From IMG/VR virus record IMGVR_UViG_3300020045_015482, positions 1 through 47,241 of that record: a stretch of DNA of 47,241 nucleotides. One strand, given 5' to 3'. This DNA comes from a virus (Duplodnaviria; Caudoviricetes). Under the pieces are notes generated by a model. That model was not told the origin of the DNA. It saw nothing but the letters and a program-made list of their open reading frames with translations, and did not search any database. Shown piece after piece: positions 36,012 through 45,457 of this stretch. The first letter of the stretch is position 1; every line of letters starts with the position of its first letter. The position numbers were made by a program, and so were the translations under genes.

Positions 36012-36556
36012 TTTGCGCTCCGTTTTGGGCGGTATCTCTCTATATCGCCGGCGTTAGGGTTATCGGGGTCTAAATGCCTCATTAAATTTTTAAACTCCTC
36101 TATCTTTTTTTGGTTGCGTTGTTGCCATGCGTATTCTCGCTCAACGCTTCCTATGGCTTTAATGCGGTCATTATCAACAACTATTTTTATTGTTCCATCA
36201 ACCATAAATTCTTTTACAGGATGGAGTTCATCTTTTGATAGCATACCGAAGGTAAATTCATCTTTTAGTTGTTTTGCTTTCTTCCACATTTGATTTTCAA
36301 TTTCTGGATTAAGTTTTTCAGGTAAAGTACGCTCATAATCTTTTACATAGCGTTTTGATTCTTCAATAGCGGCTTGAACGTCAACCCTACCCTTCCACCA
36401 TGAATCTTTAATATTAAAAGCGGTTATTCCTTCTCCGGCTTCGGCAATTAACCCACCAATTTTCTCCTTTAATATTTTTCTTGCAGACGGCTTAGAAATT
36501 TCTTTTAAGGCTTGATGTTTCCCTACCACTTCGTTATTTGAAACAATTTTAAACAT
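36008..36556 (-). CDS. Hypothetical protein
   Basis: 182 aa coupled ORF. Confidence 0.7.
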   Translation of the reverse strand: MFKIVSNNEVVGKHQALKEISKPSARKILKEKIGGLIAEAGEGITAFNIKDSWWKGRVDVQAAIEESKRYVKDYERTLPEKLNPEIENQMWKKAKQLKDEFTFGMLSKDELHPVKEFMVDGTIKIVVDNDRIKAIGSVEREYAWQQRNQKKIEEFKNLMRHLDPDNPNAGDIERYRPKRSAK

Positions 36557-36842
36557 GAAATTTATAATCCGGTTTTGAAGTAAAAAGCCCAGGGTTTATT
36601 CTATTAATCGAACTTTCTTCGTTTGGTTTCTCTGTGCTAACATTAAATATGTTTCCACAATCCTTACATTTATATTGGTAAATGAAAAGACCCAAAGATT
36701 GAACATATTTAAGACGTGGTTTATGAATACCGCGGTAAGGCATATTACTTGGACAGCCAAATAACGGACAACGGACATCCCATGAATGAGTTTTCTTTCT
36801 TTCCCCATGTGTTAAAAGGTCACTAACCCATTGCCACGGCAT
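36549..36842 (-). CDS. Zinc-binding protein (start MPWQW)
   Basis: AGGAG RBS; CPLFGC...YKCKDCG. Confidence 0.65.
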   Translation of the reverse strand: MPWQWVSDLLTHGERKKTHSWDVRCPLFGCPSNMPYRGIHKPRLKYVQSLGLFIYQYKCKDCGNIFNVSTEKPNEESSINRINPGLFTSKPDYKFHV

Positions 36843-38181
36843 TAGAGGTCTCCTTTTTATCGTCACCGCCAAATATTTCCCAATTAAACTTCTTCTCAAA
36901 GCTAAGCAAATTTTTCATTTGGTCTTCCATAGCTTTAACGATATGCCAAGAAGATTTGGTTTTCCCCGTTTCAATGGATTTTTGGGTAAAATAAATTCCT
37001 TTTTGAAGGTCTTTTACCTGAACCCAATAAGCGGCAATGTTGGTATAACAAAGAAAGTTGTCGGAATCAATTTGAAGCCCTTTATAAAGAACCTCTTTTC
37101 CTTCCCAAAGACGACCCATGTGGATATGGCGTTCACCTAAGTTGGCATAATTGGCAAGGCATTGGGGTTGATTTTTTATTCCGTCAAGGTAAAGTGATTC
37201 CATGCATTCATAAGCTGGAATATAGCGGTGCGCGCGTAGCGCGTAAAGAAACAAAACAGTAAATAATAAAACGGGGTGCGAAGACAAAGCGCCAGCCAAA
37301 ATCAAATAGAAACCTATCGAGGGCAAATAAAGATAACGTTCGGCGACAAACTGGCCTAAAACTTTGAATTGTGAAAACGGGGCAATAAGCGCTAAAAACC
37401 AAACGGTTCCTAATGGGCTAAACTGCCAGCCGATTAAAATAAAAAGGAGTATTGCTCCAAGCGATAAATAAAACCATTTGTCGAAAGCTTCAAGTTCTTT
37501 TTTTACCTTGTCATCTTTAATATAGTCTTCCCCAAAACTTCTAAAGAAGGCAAGCCGATAAGGGAATACCACGTTATAAATGTAGTAAGCGGTAACTTTG
37601 ATCATCACCGCAATTTTGCTTAACTTTAAGGCATCTTGTTTCCCCATATCCCTGATTTTATAACCCTTGGTAAATCTTCTTCCAGTAAGATACATAAAGA
37701 TGGGGAAGAAAAGGGTTAATCCCCATGGGTTAAAAAAGAGGAAGATGAATGGAAAGCCTAAACACGTAATGGTTGAGCCTAATGCGGCAGCGTAAAAAAT
37801 CGCGCCAAAAGCTGCGCCAAGATAGCCAGGGTAAAGCTGAAGAAAAAAATAAGAAGTAAGTGTAAGTAAAGTTGTAACCGCATAATATCCTCCTGTTATC
37901 CATGCCGTCATGGGAACTGACAGCGGGCTAAACGCTAAAAGGGCGGCTGGAACCCAGCCCCATAAAAGGTAAACAACCCAAACGTTTAGTGAATGGGTGA
38001 TAATAAGGAATAGATGTCGCCACTTATGCGGGCGGGTAGAGTAAAATGAAGGGGGCGGTGACATTTCCGGAACATCATAAAGGTATCCCCACCGTCTAAC
38101 TATATCGTCAATTAAATAATAGTAGTTAAGACAGCGCCAATATAATAAAAATATACCGAGTATGATTAAAACTATTTCCAT
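36823..38181 (-). CDS. TMTC-like GT-C membrane glycosyltransferase with C-terminal TPRs
   Basis: TM1 followed by YLIDD, many TM helices, FVAERYLYLPSIG, TPR-like YANLG / YTNIAAYW helices. Confidence 0.75.
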   Translation of the reverse strand: MEIVLIILGIFLLYWRCLNYYYLIDDIVRRWGYLYDVPEMSPPPSFYSTRPHKWRHLFLIITHSLNVWVVYLLWGWVPAALLAFSPLSVPMTAWITGGYYAVTTLLTLTSYFFLQLYPGYLGAAFGAIFYAAALGSTITCLGFPFIFLFFNPWGLTLFFPIFMYLTGRRFTKGYKIRDMGKQDALKLSKIAVMIKVTAYYIYNVVFPYRLAFFRSFGEDYIKDDKVKKELEAFDKWFYLSLGAILLFILIGWQFSPLGTVWFLALIAPFSQFKVLGQFVAERYLYLPSIGFYLILAGALSSHPVLLFTVLFLYALRAHRYIPAYECMESLYLDGIKNQPQCLANYANLGERHIHMGRLWEGKEVLYKGLQIDSDNFLCYTNIAAYWVQVKDLQKGIYFTQKSIETGKTKSSWHIVKAMEDQMKNLLSFEKKFNWEIFGGDDKKETSNAVAMG

Positions 38182-38200
38182 TTTTCTCTCCCCATATCTT

Positions 38201-38232
38201 GTATAGGGGAATGTATAAGATTCCCCATATAC
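38201..38232. terminator. Intergenic hairpin (terminator or processing site)
   Basis: gtataggggaat-loop-attccccatatac. Confidence 0.4.
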
Positions 38233-38241
38233 AATTATAAG

Positions 38242-38754
38242 TTAAACTGAAGCTGCGATAAAATTAACGGTTAAAAACGCTGTGTTAACGGTCGCTGTTA
38301 CAGCGGATGTAACAACAAACTGTGAACCCTGCGTAATTACTGTTCCACCAACTGTTGTGTATATCCCGCCGGCTTGCGAAGTAACACTACCAACGGTTAA
38401 TGTAGCAGAAGCGGTTCCGGTACTATCAACACCACCAACAACTCTAATAGAACGGGTAATGGCGCCTGTTGCTCCCTGCAAAAGCACTATTTCTGGATAG
38501 GCATTATATGGGGCCATTAAAGCACCGGTGACATACACGGCAGATGAAATTGTTGCCGTCATGCTACCGTCAAGAACTAAGTTTGCTCTTGCTCCATATA
38601 CGCTTCCGTTATTCGCGACCACTGTTCCTGAAAAGGTGGCTGCTCCCGTAACGGTCATAGATCCAACAGTCATTGTACTAGTTACAATATGATTATTGAC
38701 CGTATGAATTGCGGTTGTGGTTGATAGACCATTTGGATAATTTGAACTAGGCAT
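38242..38754 (-). CDS. Thr-rich capsid-associated protein
   Basis: AAGGAG RBS; N-terminal SNYPNGL; downstream of the capsid gene. Confidence 0.6.
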   Translation of the reverse strand: MPSSNYPNGLSTTTAIHTVNNHIVTSTMTVGSMTVTGAATFSGTVVANNGSVYGARANLVLDGSMTATISSAVYVTGALMAPYNAYPEIVLLQGATGAITRSIRVVGGVDSTGTASATLTVGSVTSQAGGIYTTVGGTVITQGSQFVVTSAVTATVNTAFLTVNFIAASV

Positions 38755-38795
38755 TTGTTTCTCCTTTATCCTTTAGCTTCGATTTGCACGACGCT

Positions 38796-38972
38796 TTAGC
38801 ATCTTGTAAAGGGTGCAGACGATAATTTTTTATTATTTCTGCGTTTAATTGCTTTTTTAAAACATGACACATCAACTCCCTCGATAGCGCTTGAAGTAAT
38901 CACGGAATTAAGGTTCATAGCCTTTATTTCGTTTTCACTGTAACGCTCTCGAAGAAGTTGATAAAGTGTCAT
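38796..38972 (-). CDS. 58 aa hypothetical protein (not in ORF track)
   Basis: MTLYQLLRERY...SVITSSAIEGV; weak RBS. Confidence 0.35.
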   Translation of the reverse strand: MTLYQLLRERYSENEIKAMNLNSVITSSAIEGVDVSCFKKAIKRRNNKKLSSAPFTRC

Positions 38973-38996
38973 TGTATTAACTACTCGGATTTATAA

Positions 38997-39887
38997 TTAA
39001 ACAATGTTGCCATATATCCAGCGCCAATCATCCCAACCTGTCCCAACTCTATAATAACCAAGGTAAATGGCGACCATAGTATTGGAATCTTTGTCTTGGA
39101 AGAATTGGTTTGGTTCACGATTCCACCAAAGCAGATATTCTTTTTGCATTGAATAATCTGTGAAAAACCAATCGGTCGTGTCGGTTAATCTGTCCCACAC
39201 AACTAATTTGTATTTCCCTTGATGGAAGTTTGCGTTATTGTTTGCAGTATCAACTTTCCCTTTAGAGTTGATAATTTCCCAACCGGTTTGCTCAAGATCG
39301 CGAGGGATAATGAGGGTGTCTGGTTGAACGGAAATTTTCTCTCCAAGGTCATCGCGGAAATTGTGCATAGCAATACGCACGGTTTCAACGTTCGTACCTG
39401 ATAACGCACTGGTTCCACGATTGCTTTGAGTGGCAACGCCAGAAACGTTAGATGGGTGAGCTGCATTACAAAGTGAAACAGCGTCGCCGTCTGACGGGGC
39501 ATAAGTAAATGCCAAATCAAAGATTGCTGAACCCAATTTTTCACGGCTACGACTTGCAGAGTTTGCTAAGTTTTTAGGATAGCGGCTCATTACACGATAT
39601 TGGTCATCGGCAGCTAACTTTCGTTGAATTTCAATTTTAGCGGCGTATTCCGTAAACGTGTATGTTTTGTCGTATTCTTGAGTCGGGCTTACTTCTTGGA
39701 CTTTGCCGGTAAATTCGACAAAGTCTGGTACTGTACCTACTGCTGAAGTCTTCTCATAAGCTGCATCAGAAGACATTACATTAAATAGGTCAGGTACCAT
39801 TGTTGGTAATTCTTGAAATCGGTCGAAATATATCTTGCGAAAATCCTTAGCAATGATATCCGGCCAATTAGCTTGTAACTGTGGCAT
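38997..39887 (-). CDS. Major capsid protein (Mu gpT-like HK97 fold)
   Basis: LFNVMSSDAAYEK, DAVSLCNAAHP, PDTLIIP.DL, LTDTTDWF, DWRWIYG. Confidence 0.85.
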   Translation of the reverse strand: MPQLQANWPDIIAKDFRKIYFDRFQELPTMVPDLFNVMSSDAAYEKTSAVGTVPDFVEFTGKVQEVSPTQEYDKTYTFTEYAAKIEIQRKLAADDQYRVMSRYPKNLANSASRSREKLGSAIFDLAFTYAPSDGDAVSLCNAAHPSNVSGVATQSNRGTSALSGTNVETVRIAMHNFRDDLGEKISVQPDTLIIPRDLEQTGWEIINSKGKVDTANNNANFHQGKYKLVVWDRLTDTTDWFFTDYSMQKEYLLWWNREPNQFFQDKDSNTMVAIYLGYYRVGTGWDDWRWIYGNIV

Positions 39888-39902
39888 GGTTTCCTTCTCC
39901 TA

Positions 39903-40763
39903 TTAAGCTGTAATTTCAGTTGAAACTATAAATGGTGCTGTGAAAATTAACTCTTTATAGATTCTTACACCGGTTAGACCGTCGTTACCATCATCAACCC
40001 ATTGACGTAGCGGGTGAGTCGGGGCGCTGTCGTGACCGATATAATTTTCGATGCCTAACATTTTCGCTCCGTTTAAATGAAGCCCTGTACCTGTTGAACC
40101 TGATTGACTGCGAAGTAAATCGGCAGTAGCGTTCAAGGTACCTCCCTTTTTCCAGGTGCGGTCAGCCCAAATCATATGGCTATCAGTCGAAATGTTCATT
40201 GCGGTAAGCAATGTCAAGTGAGTAGTAGCTGATTGATTTGAAATGTAACGCAAAGACCCGGAAAAAGTTGGTGTTCCACCTGCTGAGTTCGTTGCGGCAA
40301 GAGAGAATAACCATCCGCCTAAAACATCTGTACCAGTCGTACCTCTTTGGGCGGCAGTAGTTGTACCAGCTGTCCAAGTACCAACGTTATGTGAAGCGGT
40401 ACCTGCGGCAGTAGTTATTGAATACTGAGCCATATAAGAAGCATTGTGGTTGATACAAAGCTGCAAAAAGTCCAAGCCTCCGGTTGTACCTTGGTTTGGA
40501 ATACCGTCGGTATCAATTTGGAAGGCATGGGAATTATTTGCAAGGTTTTCTCTACTCGCAGAAGCAAAAGAACTGCTGACCTGAGTTACACCGAGGAAGT
40601 TTTGTCCATCAGTGGTATCTAAGGTAACGGTTACAGTCGCTCCTTGTGCGGTTGTTGACGCACCGGAAACTAGCATGGCACCATCATTAATTGCTGCGGC
40701 GGCAAAAACGGGAACGTTCGTAATGAACGCCGTTTGCCCCAAGTGCGTTTTGACTAATTCCAT
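39903..40763 (-). CDS. Capsid decoration/cement-like protein (start MELVK)
   Basis: Between scaffold and capsid genes; Thr/Ala/Gly-rich. Confidence 0.55.
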   Translation of the reverse strand: MELVKTHLGQTAFITNVPVFAAAAINDGAMLVSGASTTAQGATVTVTLDTTDGQNFLGVTQVSSSFASASRENLANNSHAFQIDTDGIPNQGTTGGLDFLQLCINHNASYMAQYSITTAAGTASHNVGTWTAGTTTAAQRGTTGTDVLGGWLFSLAATNSAGGTPTFSGSLRYISNQSATTHLTLLTAMNISTDSHMIWADRTWKKGGTLNATADLLRSQSGSTGTGLHLNGAKMLGIENYIGHDSAPTHPLRQWVDDGNDGLTGVRIYKELIFTAPFIVSTEITA

Positions 40764-40770
40764 TTTTATC

Positions 40771-41691
40771 CTACCTTTTTGTAAAATCGGGTCGTCGATT
40801 TGGCTCGACATAACCCATGTTGTCTGAATCTCTGAACTTAACGTATTCTTCAAGGTTCTTATACGTTCCCCGCGACACCGCGCGTTCCGCGTGAACCTTT
40901 TCTTCTTCAGAACTAAATTTCAATGAACCAGATTTCGGCGGAGTTATGCCTTCCGGCGCCAACCCACTCTGATCTTCATTCATTGCATTATTCTGCCCTT
41001 TTACCATAGTTGCTCCTTTCACTCTTAATCGCCTCTCCATTTCAGCCATCATAAGCTGAGGAGCGTTTTTTAAAGAACCCCAACCTTGGGGGTCTTCATT
41101 ATATATTTCAATCCAGAGTTTTCCCTTCTCCGAATCGGGGTTAAAAATCGGTTCTCCAACCGTTGAATCAATTTTAAGAACGATATGACCTTTTTCGTCT
41201 TTCTTAGGTTTCCCGTCAATATCAAGTTCGGGAAGATACATATCGGAATGTTCGGTCTGCACAAATTTTCTGGCGTTAGCCCGTGACTTTTCAAAATCGC
41301 TAACTTGCGATTGACGATTGTTTAAATATTCATTACGAAGGTCGGTGGCAAACGTCGGACGTTCCAAAAACAAATCGTTCCATTCTTCTTCGGTTTGCGG
41401 ATAATTACCATTTCCATATTGTTTAGGTTGGTCGCCTATTGGTTGAGAAACCGGTTGTTTATATCTTTCTATTTCCGCTAATAAATTCTTTTCTCTTGCT
41501 TCAAACGCGGCTAATTTTTCCTGAGCTTCACGGCTTTGACGATAAATTGAATCCATGCGGGATTGGGTTAATTCCGCAAATTTACCAGGGTCGGTTTTAG
41601 CGAGAGTAGACCACTCCTCTTTTGTTTTTGGGATAACTTGTTCAACTACCGGTTCAACCGGTTTAACTTCTACTTTTACATCTTCTGCCAT
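40771..41691 (-). CDS. Capsid scaffolding protein (start MAEDVK)
   Basis: AAGGAG RBS; acidic coiled coil; C-terminal SEEEK.HA....EEYVK. Confidence 0.7.
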   Translation of the reverse strand: MAEDVKVEVKPVEPVVEQVIPKTKEEWSTLAKTDPGKFAELTQSRMDSIYRQSREAQEKLAAFEAREKNLLAEIERYKQPVSQPIGDQPKQYGNGNYPQTEEEWNDLFLERPTFATDLRNEYLNNRQSQVSDFEKSRANARKFVQTEHSDMYLPELDIDGKPKKDEKGHIVLKIDSTVGEPIFNPDSEKGKLWIEIYNEDPQGWGSLKNAPQLMMAEMERRLRVKGATMVKGQNNAMNEDQSGLAPEGITPPKSGSLKFSSEEEKVHAERAVSRGTYKNLEEYVKFRDSDNMGYVEPNRRPDFTKR

Positions 41692-41741
41692 TTTATTCTC
41701 CTTAACTTTTTCTACGCCTTGAGGGTTACTCAAGGTGAGAT

Positions 41742-41999
41742 TTAGCCCTTTAGATATTTTTCCGGTATTTCAAAAACCACCTTCAATATTTCTTTTGCTC
41801 CTAATGCTTGAGCCGCTTTAACTGGGTCGCCAGCTCTAACCGCTGAGTCCTGATCCGCCTGGAGCTTGGTCAGAAGCGACCGGTGAATAAGCTGATCCCC
41901 CGCCCATTTGTCCTGCAAGGTTAGGGCCTTGAATTCGATCCATCCTGGGTGCGCCAAGAGCTCCTGGATTAGCTGTTTCTCCTTGGGAAGCACTGCCAC
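41742..41999 (-). CDS. Small protein overlapping the portal 3' end
   Basis: AGGAGGAGG RBS; ELLAHPGW..F; 164 bp overlap in another frame. Confidence 0.65.
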   Translation of the reverse strand: MAVLPKEKQLIQELLAHPGWIEFKALTLQDKWAGDQLIHRSLLTKLQADQDSAVRAGDPVKAAQALGAKEILKVVFEIPEKYLKG

Positions 42000-44031
42000 C
42001 TCCTCCTTGACTTTGTACCATTGCCATTTGTTGAAGTTTTTGGGTATAAGATAATCTGTGTTCCTCTATATGCATAACGAGATTCATCATGGCTTCCGGC
42101 GTTAAAATCGGAGCCATTTCCCGTTTAAACTTGGAATGACCGTTCATGTGGGCAACGTCATCGTCTTTAACGTTGATATTAACTTTCATTTCCCTCAATA
42201 TCATTTGATTTTCGTCGTCAACAATTCCGGGGTTTTGTTCATAATCGGGTTTCGGCCCAATATATTTCTCCGGATTCTTTTTCCCTAACGAACTAATATA
42301 GTTAGCGCGGATTTCCCAAGCAAACGCTGGGTTTTGATTAACAAATGGGTCCATCCCTAAAGTTTGGAACATAACCTGGTCAGCTTGTTTTTCAAACGCG
42401 ACATTGGAGGCTTCAAGGTCAATTTCGCTAAACGCCAAGTAATCGCCGGCTATCATTTCAGGGGAAAGAACGCTCCATTGTTGGCGACCTTTCTCATCAA
42501 GAATACTTCTTGCGTAATCGTTATCCCAATGTTCCTCATACATTTTACGGGTATCAGTAATAAGGCTGAGGATAGCCTTAAGAACCCGACCAGCTAAAAG
42601 GTTAAATGGTTGACCGGATTCAGCAATAAGGGCTATGGTACCGCGCGCAGTTGGGCGTGATGAGGTTTCCCTGCCAAATGCCGATGGTGGAAGATAAGTA
42701 AGTTTGGAAATTAAATCCATTATGATATTTTCTTCTTGAAAACTGACAGAAAGCCGTGATGGATTATAGTCGGGGAAGTAAACATCACGTTGCGGGTCGT
42801 CAAGAGGTATGCCGGTGGCTGGTTTAACCGCAATAGCTTTGGGGTCGAACCCGCTGGCTGCTCTATAAAAGAAAAATGGGGCAATAACCATATTGCCGGC
42901 GTCTAAACGTTGGTTATGGATAGCATCAAGCTCATTGTGGAGGTGGCGAACCAGTTCAGGTATGCCTTTTGCGTATATTGTGCCCCATCGGGGTATAAAT
43001 CCGGCTATTTTCCATGGTCGTTTCCCAATTCGGCTGACAACGTGGAGAGGTTTACCTGAAAGGTAAAATTCTAGTTCTGGAAGAATAAGAAAAACACAAT
43101 CTTCACGGATACCATCATTATTAACATCATATTTAATGTAACCTTCGTAACATTTAATGGGCATACTTTCAATCATGGCGGTATATTCTTCAATACCGGC
43201 TGATTCTAGGCGAGATTTTTTACCGCCTTCTGATTCATAGCGTTTATCAAGGGCTGACTTTACTTCGTCAAGGTCAATATCGTTGAGGATAAGGCCTTTA
43301 GCTTGCATTTCTTTAAGGATAGGGAGGGTATAAAAAACTTCATCAACAATATATTCAGCATCATCTTCATTAGTGGCGTTGTAAGGTAAGTAAACGTGTT
43401 CAATATCTTTAACTACCCACTTAGCGCGTTCCCGTTTAACTTTGTCATACACAATGTCATACTTAATTTCGCCTTTTTCAGTGTAAGATTTCGGGATAAC
43501 GCGGGTAACATAAACAAATTTCTTTTCCCACATACGTTTTATAGCGACAAGACCATCAGCAACCAGACGACCAACAATTTCATCAACCTTGTTTTGGGTG
43601 TCATCCATGTCTTTGGTAAAAATCCATTGGGAGAATATGCGGTTATTTTGAGCGATTTCTTCAGAATGGCTAGTGGTACCCTTCCAATAGATAAGGTCAG
43701 GATTCCATACCATAGGAAATAGGCGGGAATGAATCATGTCTACGGCGATAGTGGTGACCATGGTGGAAATATTACTGCTTCCTTTCCACGGGCCGTTGAT
43801 TTGGCAGATACCTTCGTAATTTTTAATACTTTCACGGCGGATTTCAAGCCAACCTTCCCTCTGCTTCTTAGATTCCTCAACGCATTGTTTAATAAACTCA
43901 ACAATTTTTACTTTTTCTCCGGAGGGAAGATTAAACATTTGGCCATAGTTGGCCTTCTTATCTTCCTTCTCAAGCTTTTGGGCTTTATCTGGAAACAGTT
44001 CGCTCATTGCACTAAGCTTAAATTCTGACAT
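41836..44031 (-). CDS. Portal protein (P22-like)
   Basis: 731 aa; PWKGSSNI, YAKGIPELV..L..ELDAIHNQRLD, TARG, DDDVAHMNGH. Confidence 0.88.
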   Translation of the reverse strand: MSEFKLSAMSELFPDKAQKLEKEDKKANYGQMFNLPSGEKVKIVEFIKQCVEESKKQREGWLEIRRESIKNYEGICQINGPWKGSSNISTMVTTIAVDMIHSRLFPMVWNPDLIYWKGTTSHSEEIAQNNRIFSQWIFTKDMDDTQNKVDEIVGRLVADGLVAIKRMWEKKFVYVTRVIPKSYTEKGEIKYDIVYDKVKRERAKWVVKDIEHVYLPYNATNEDDAEYIVDEVFYTLPILKEMQAKGLILNDIDLDEVKSALDKRYESEGGKKSRLESAGIEEYTAMIESMPIKCYEGYIKYDVNNDGIREDCVFLILPELEFYLSGKPLHVVSRIGKRPWKIAGFIPRWGTIYAKGIPELVRHLHNELDAIHNQRLDAGNMVIAPFFFYRAASGFDPKAIAVKPATGIPLDDPQRDVYFPDYNPSRLSVSFQEENIIMDLISKLTYLPPSAFGRETSSRPTARGTIALIAESGQPFNLLAGRVLKAILSLITDTRKMYEEHWDNDYARSILDEKGRQQWSVLSPEMIAGDYLAFSEIDLEASNVAFEKQADQVMFQTLGMDPFVNQNPAFAWEIRANYISSLGKKNPEKYIGPKPDYEQNPGIVDDENQMILREMKVNINVKDDDVAHMNGHSKFKREMAPILTPEAMMNLVMHIEEHRLSYTQKLQQMAMVQSQGGGGSASQGETANPGALGAPRMDRIQGPNLAGQMGGGSAYSPVASDQAPGGSGLSG

Positions 44032-44036
44032 ATACC

Positions 44037-44606
44037 CTACTTTTTAAGATTACGTATTCCATGGTTTATCCGAAGCCAATCTCTTTCAGCTTTATCGACC
44101 CTGTTTCTAAGCCCTGGCGCATCTTGTCGATTATTCCTTTTAATAAAACGCTCAATAAACCCACGACGCGATTCAAAGTACGGAGCCAACAAAGCATCTT
44201 CACCATTTTTTTCTATATAAGCATTAATGGCAGCAATAGTTTTAGGCCCAAGTTTCCCGTCAGGAGTTGCCCCCACAATTTTTTGCAACGCGGGAATAGA
44301 GTTTCCCGAACCTGAATGGATAGTCCAATCAAAAACAGCGCCAGCAGTGCGCAAAGGCAACCTATCAAGGTTATTGGCCTTATAATAGTTGTTGAAATAA
44401 ATTTCTTCAACTTCTGGAAAAGAGATAGATTCGATTGGCTGTAAAGGCTTACCCTTTCCTTTAAGATAGCTGTGATAATTGGATTCAAGAACACCATGCT
44501 TTGAACGCTCTTTTGCATTTAACGCCGACCCTTCATACCCCATTGATGTATTAAAAATTTGCGGAAAATAATTAGTGGGTTGTTCAATAACAACAGCGGG
44601 TTCCAT
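44037..44606 (-). CDS. GH108-like lysozyme with peptidoglycan-binding domain
   Basis: YEG, HGV, VFDWTIHSG, LQKIVGATPDGKLGPKT, GLRNRV. Confidence 0.85.
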   Translation of the reverse strand: MEPAVVIEQPTNYFPQIFNTSMGYEGSALNAKERSKHGVLESNYHSYLKGKGKPLQPIESISFPEVEEIYFNNYYKANNLDRLPLRTAGAVFDWTIHSGSGNSIPALQKIVGATPDGKLGPKTIAAINAYIEKNGEDALLAPYFESRRGFIERFIKRNNRQDAPGLRNRVDKAERDWLRINHGIRNLKK

Positions 44607-44857
44607 TATTTCCCTTTAAGGTTGCTTATCCCGTAACGATTACTTGTTTTCTTTTTACTTTTTTTAGTTATTACCTTTGAGCCTTCTTGTTTGGCGGCTA
44701 GGTTTGCGGCAGCCTCACCCTGTTTGGTGTAAGCATAATGTTTTACTTTACCGCTTTTTGTTTTTACGGTTGGCATGGCGGATTCCTTCTTACGTACAAT
44801 TTCTAAGGTTTTCGGATTTACATTCAATGACGTTTTCTTCTGTGGGGTAATCTTCAA
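44606..44857 (-). CDS. Small basic protein (likely start MPTVK)
   Basis: KHYAYTKQGEAAA motif. Confidence 0.6.
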   Translation of the reverse strand: MKITPQKKTSLNVNPKTLEIVRKKESAMPTVKTKSGKVKHYAYTKQGEAAANLAAKQEGSKVITKKSKKKTSNRYGISNLKGK

Positions 44858-45032
44858 ATAACTCTCCTGGGGGTTGGCCTCTTAGAATTTCGACAACTGC
44901 TTTTGAGCACCTGTCGATTCTGTCGGCATTTATTATTCCGTTGTATAGAAAACCAAAGGTGAACGAACCACCTGTTATTAATAAAAGAAGTATCCATTCC
45001 CAAAACTTATTTTTTTTCTTTCTTGCCATCAT
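44790..45032 (-). CDS. Single-TM protein
   Basis: Basic N-terminus then FWEWILLLLITGGSFTFGFLY. Confidence 0.55.
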   Translation of the reverse strand: MMARKKKNKFWEWILLLLITGGSFTFGFLYNGIINADRIDRCSKAVVEILRGQPPGELFEDYPTEENVIECKSENLRNCT

Positions 45033-45094
45033 AAAAAATAGTAATTAAAGAAGTAAGCGAAAAACCAAAAACACCGCCAAAAGAAACCAAAAAA

Positions 45095-45457
45095 CTACAA
45101 ATAAAACGTAAGCGTGCCGCAACATGGACATCCAGTGTTAACAGTTCGGTTATAATATTGATCGACTGTTGTTGCTACTGCACCGGCTGCTGGTACCCGT
45201 CTGTCGCCTATTGAAGTTCCCGCGGTTAACTGTGTGCCAAAGGCAATACCTAATCCCGCCCATGACCCGTCTTTCGCCATGCCATCGCGTTCCATATCAC
45301 AGGGGAATCCGCAAACCCTGCAATTAACCATTCTATCTTTTTCATTACCTTTAACCGTCGAGGTGGAAGCACCTGGGGAAATATGGTAATTGGTAGCGTT
45401 CTCCATATTCTTCCACGTACCTTTATGGTTATTTTTACTTTTTAAATTTTCAAACAT
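45095..45457 (-). CDS. Zinc-ribbon protein
   Basis: CRVCGFPC...GCPCCGT; coupled to the terminase stop. Confidence 0.7.
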   Translation of the reverse strand: MFENLKSKNNHKGTWKNMENATNYHISPGASTSTVKGNEKDRMVNCRVCGFPCDMERDGMAKDGSWAGLGIAFGTQLTAGTSIGDRRVPAAGAVATTVDQYYNRTVNTGCPCCGTLTFYL

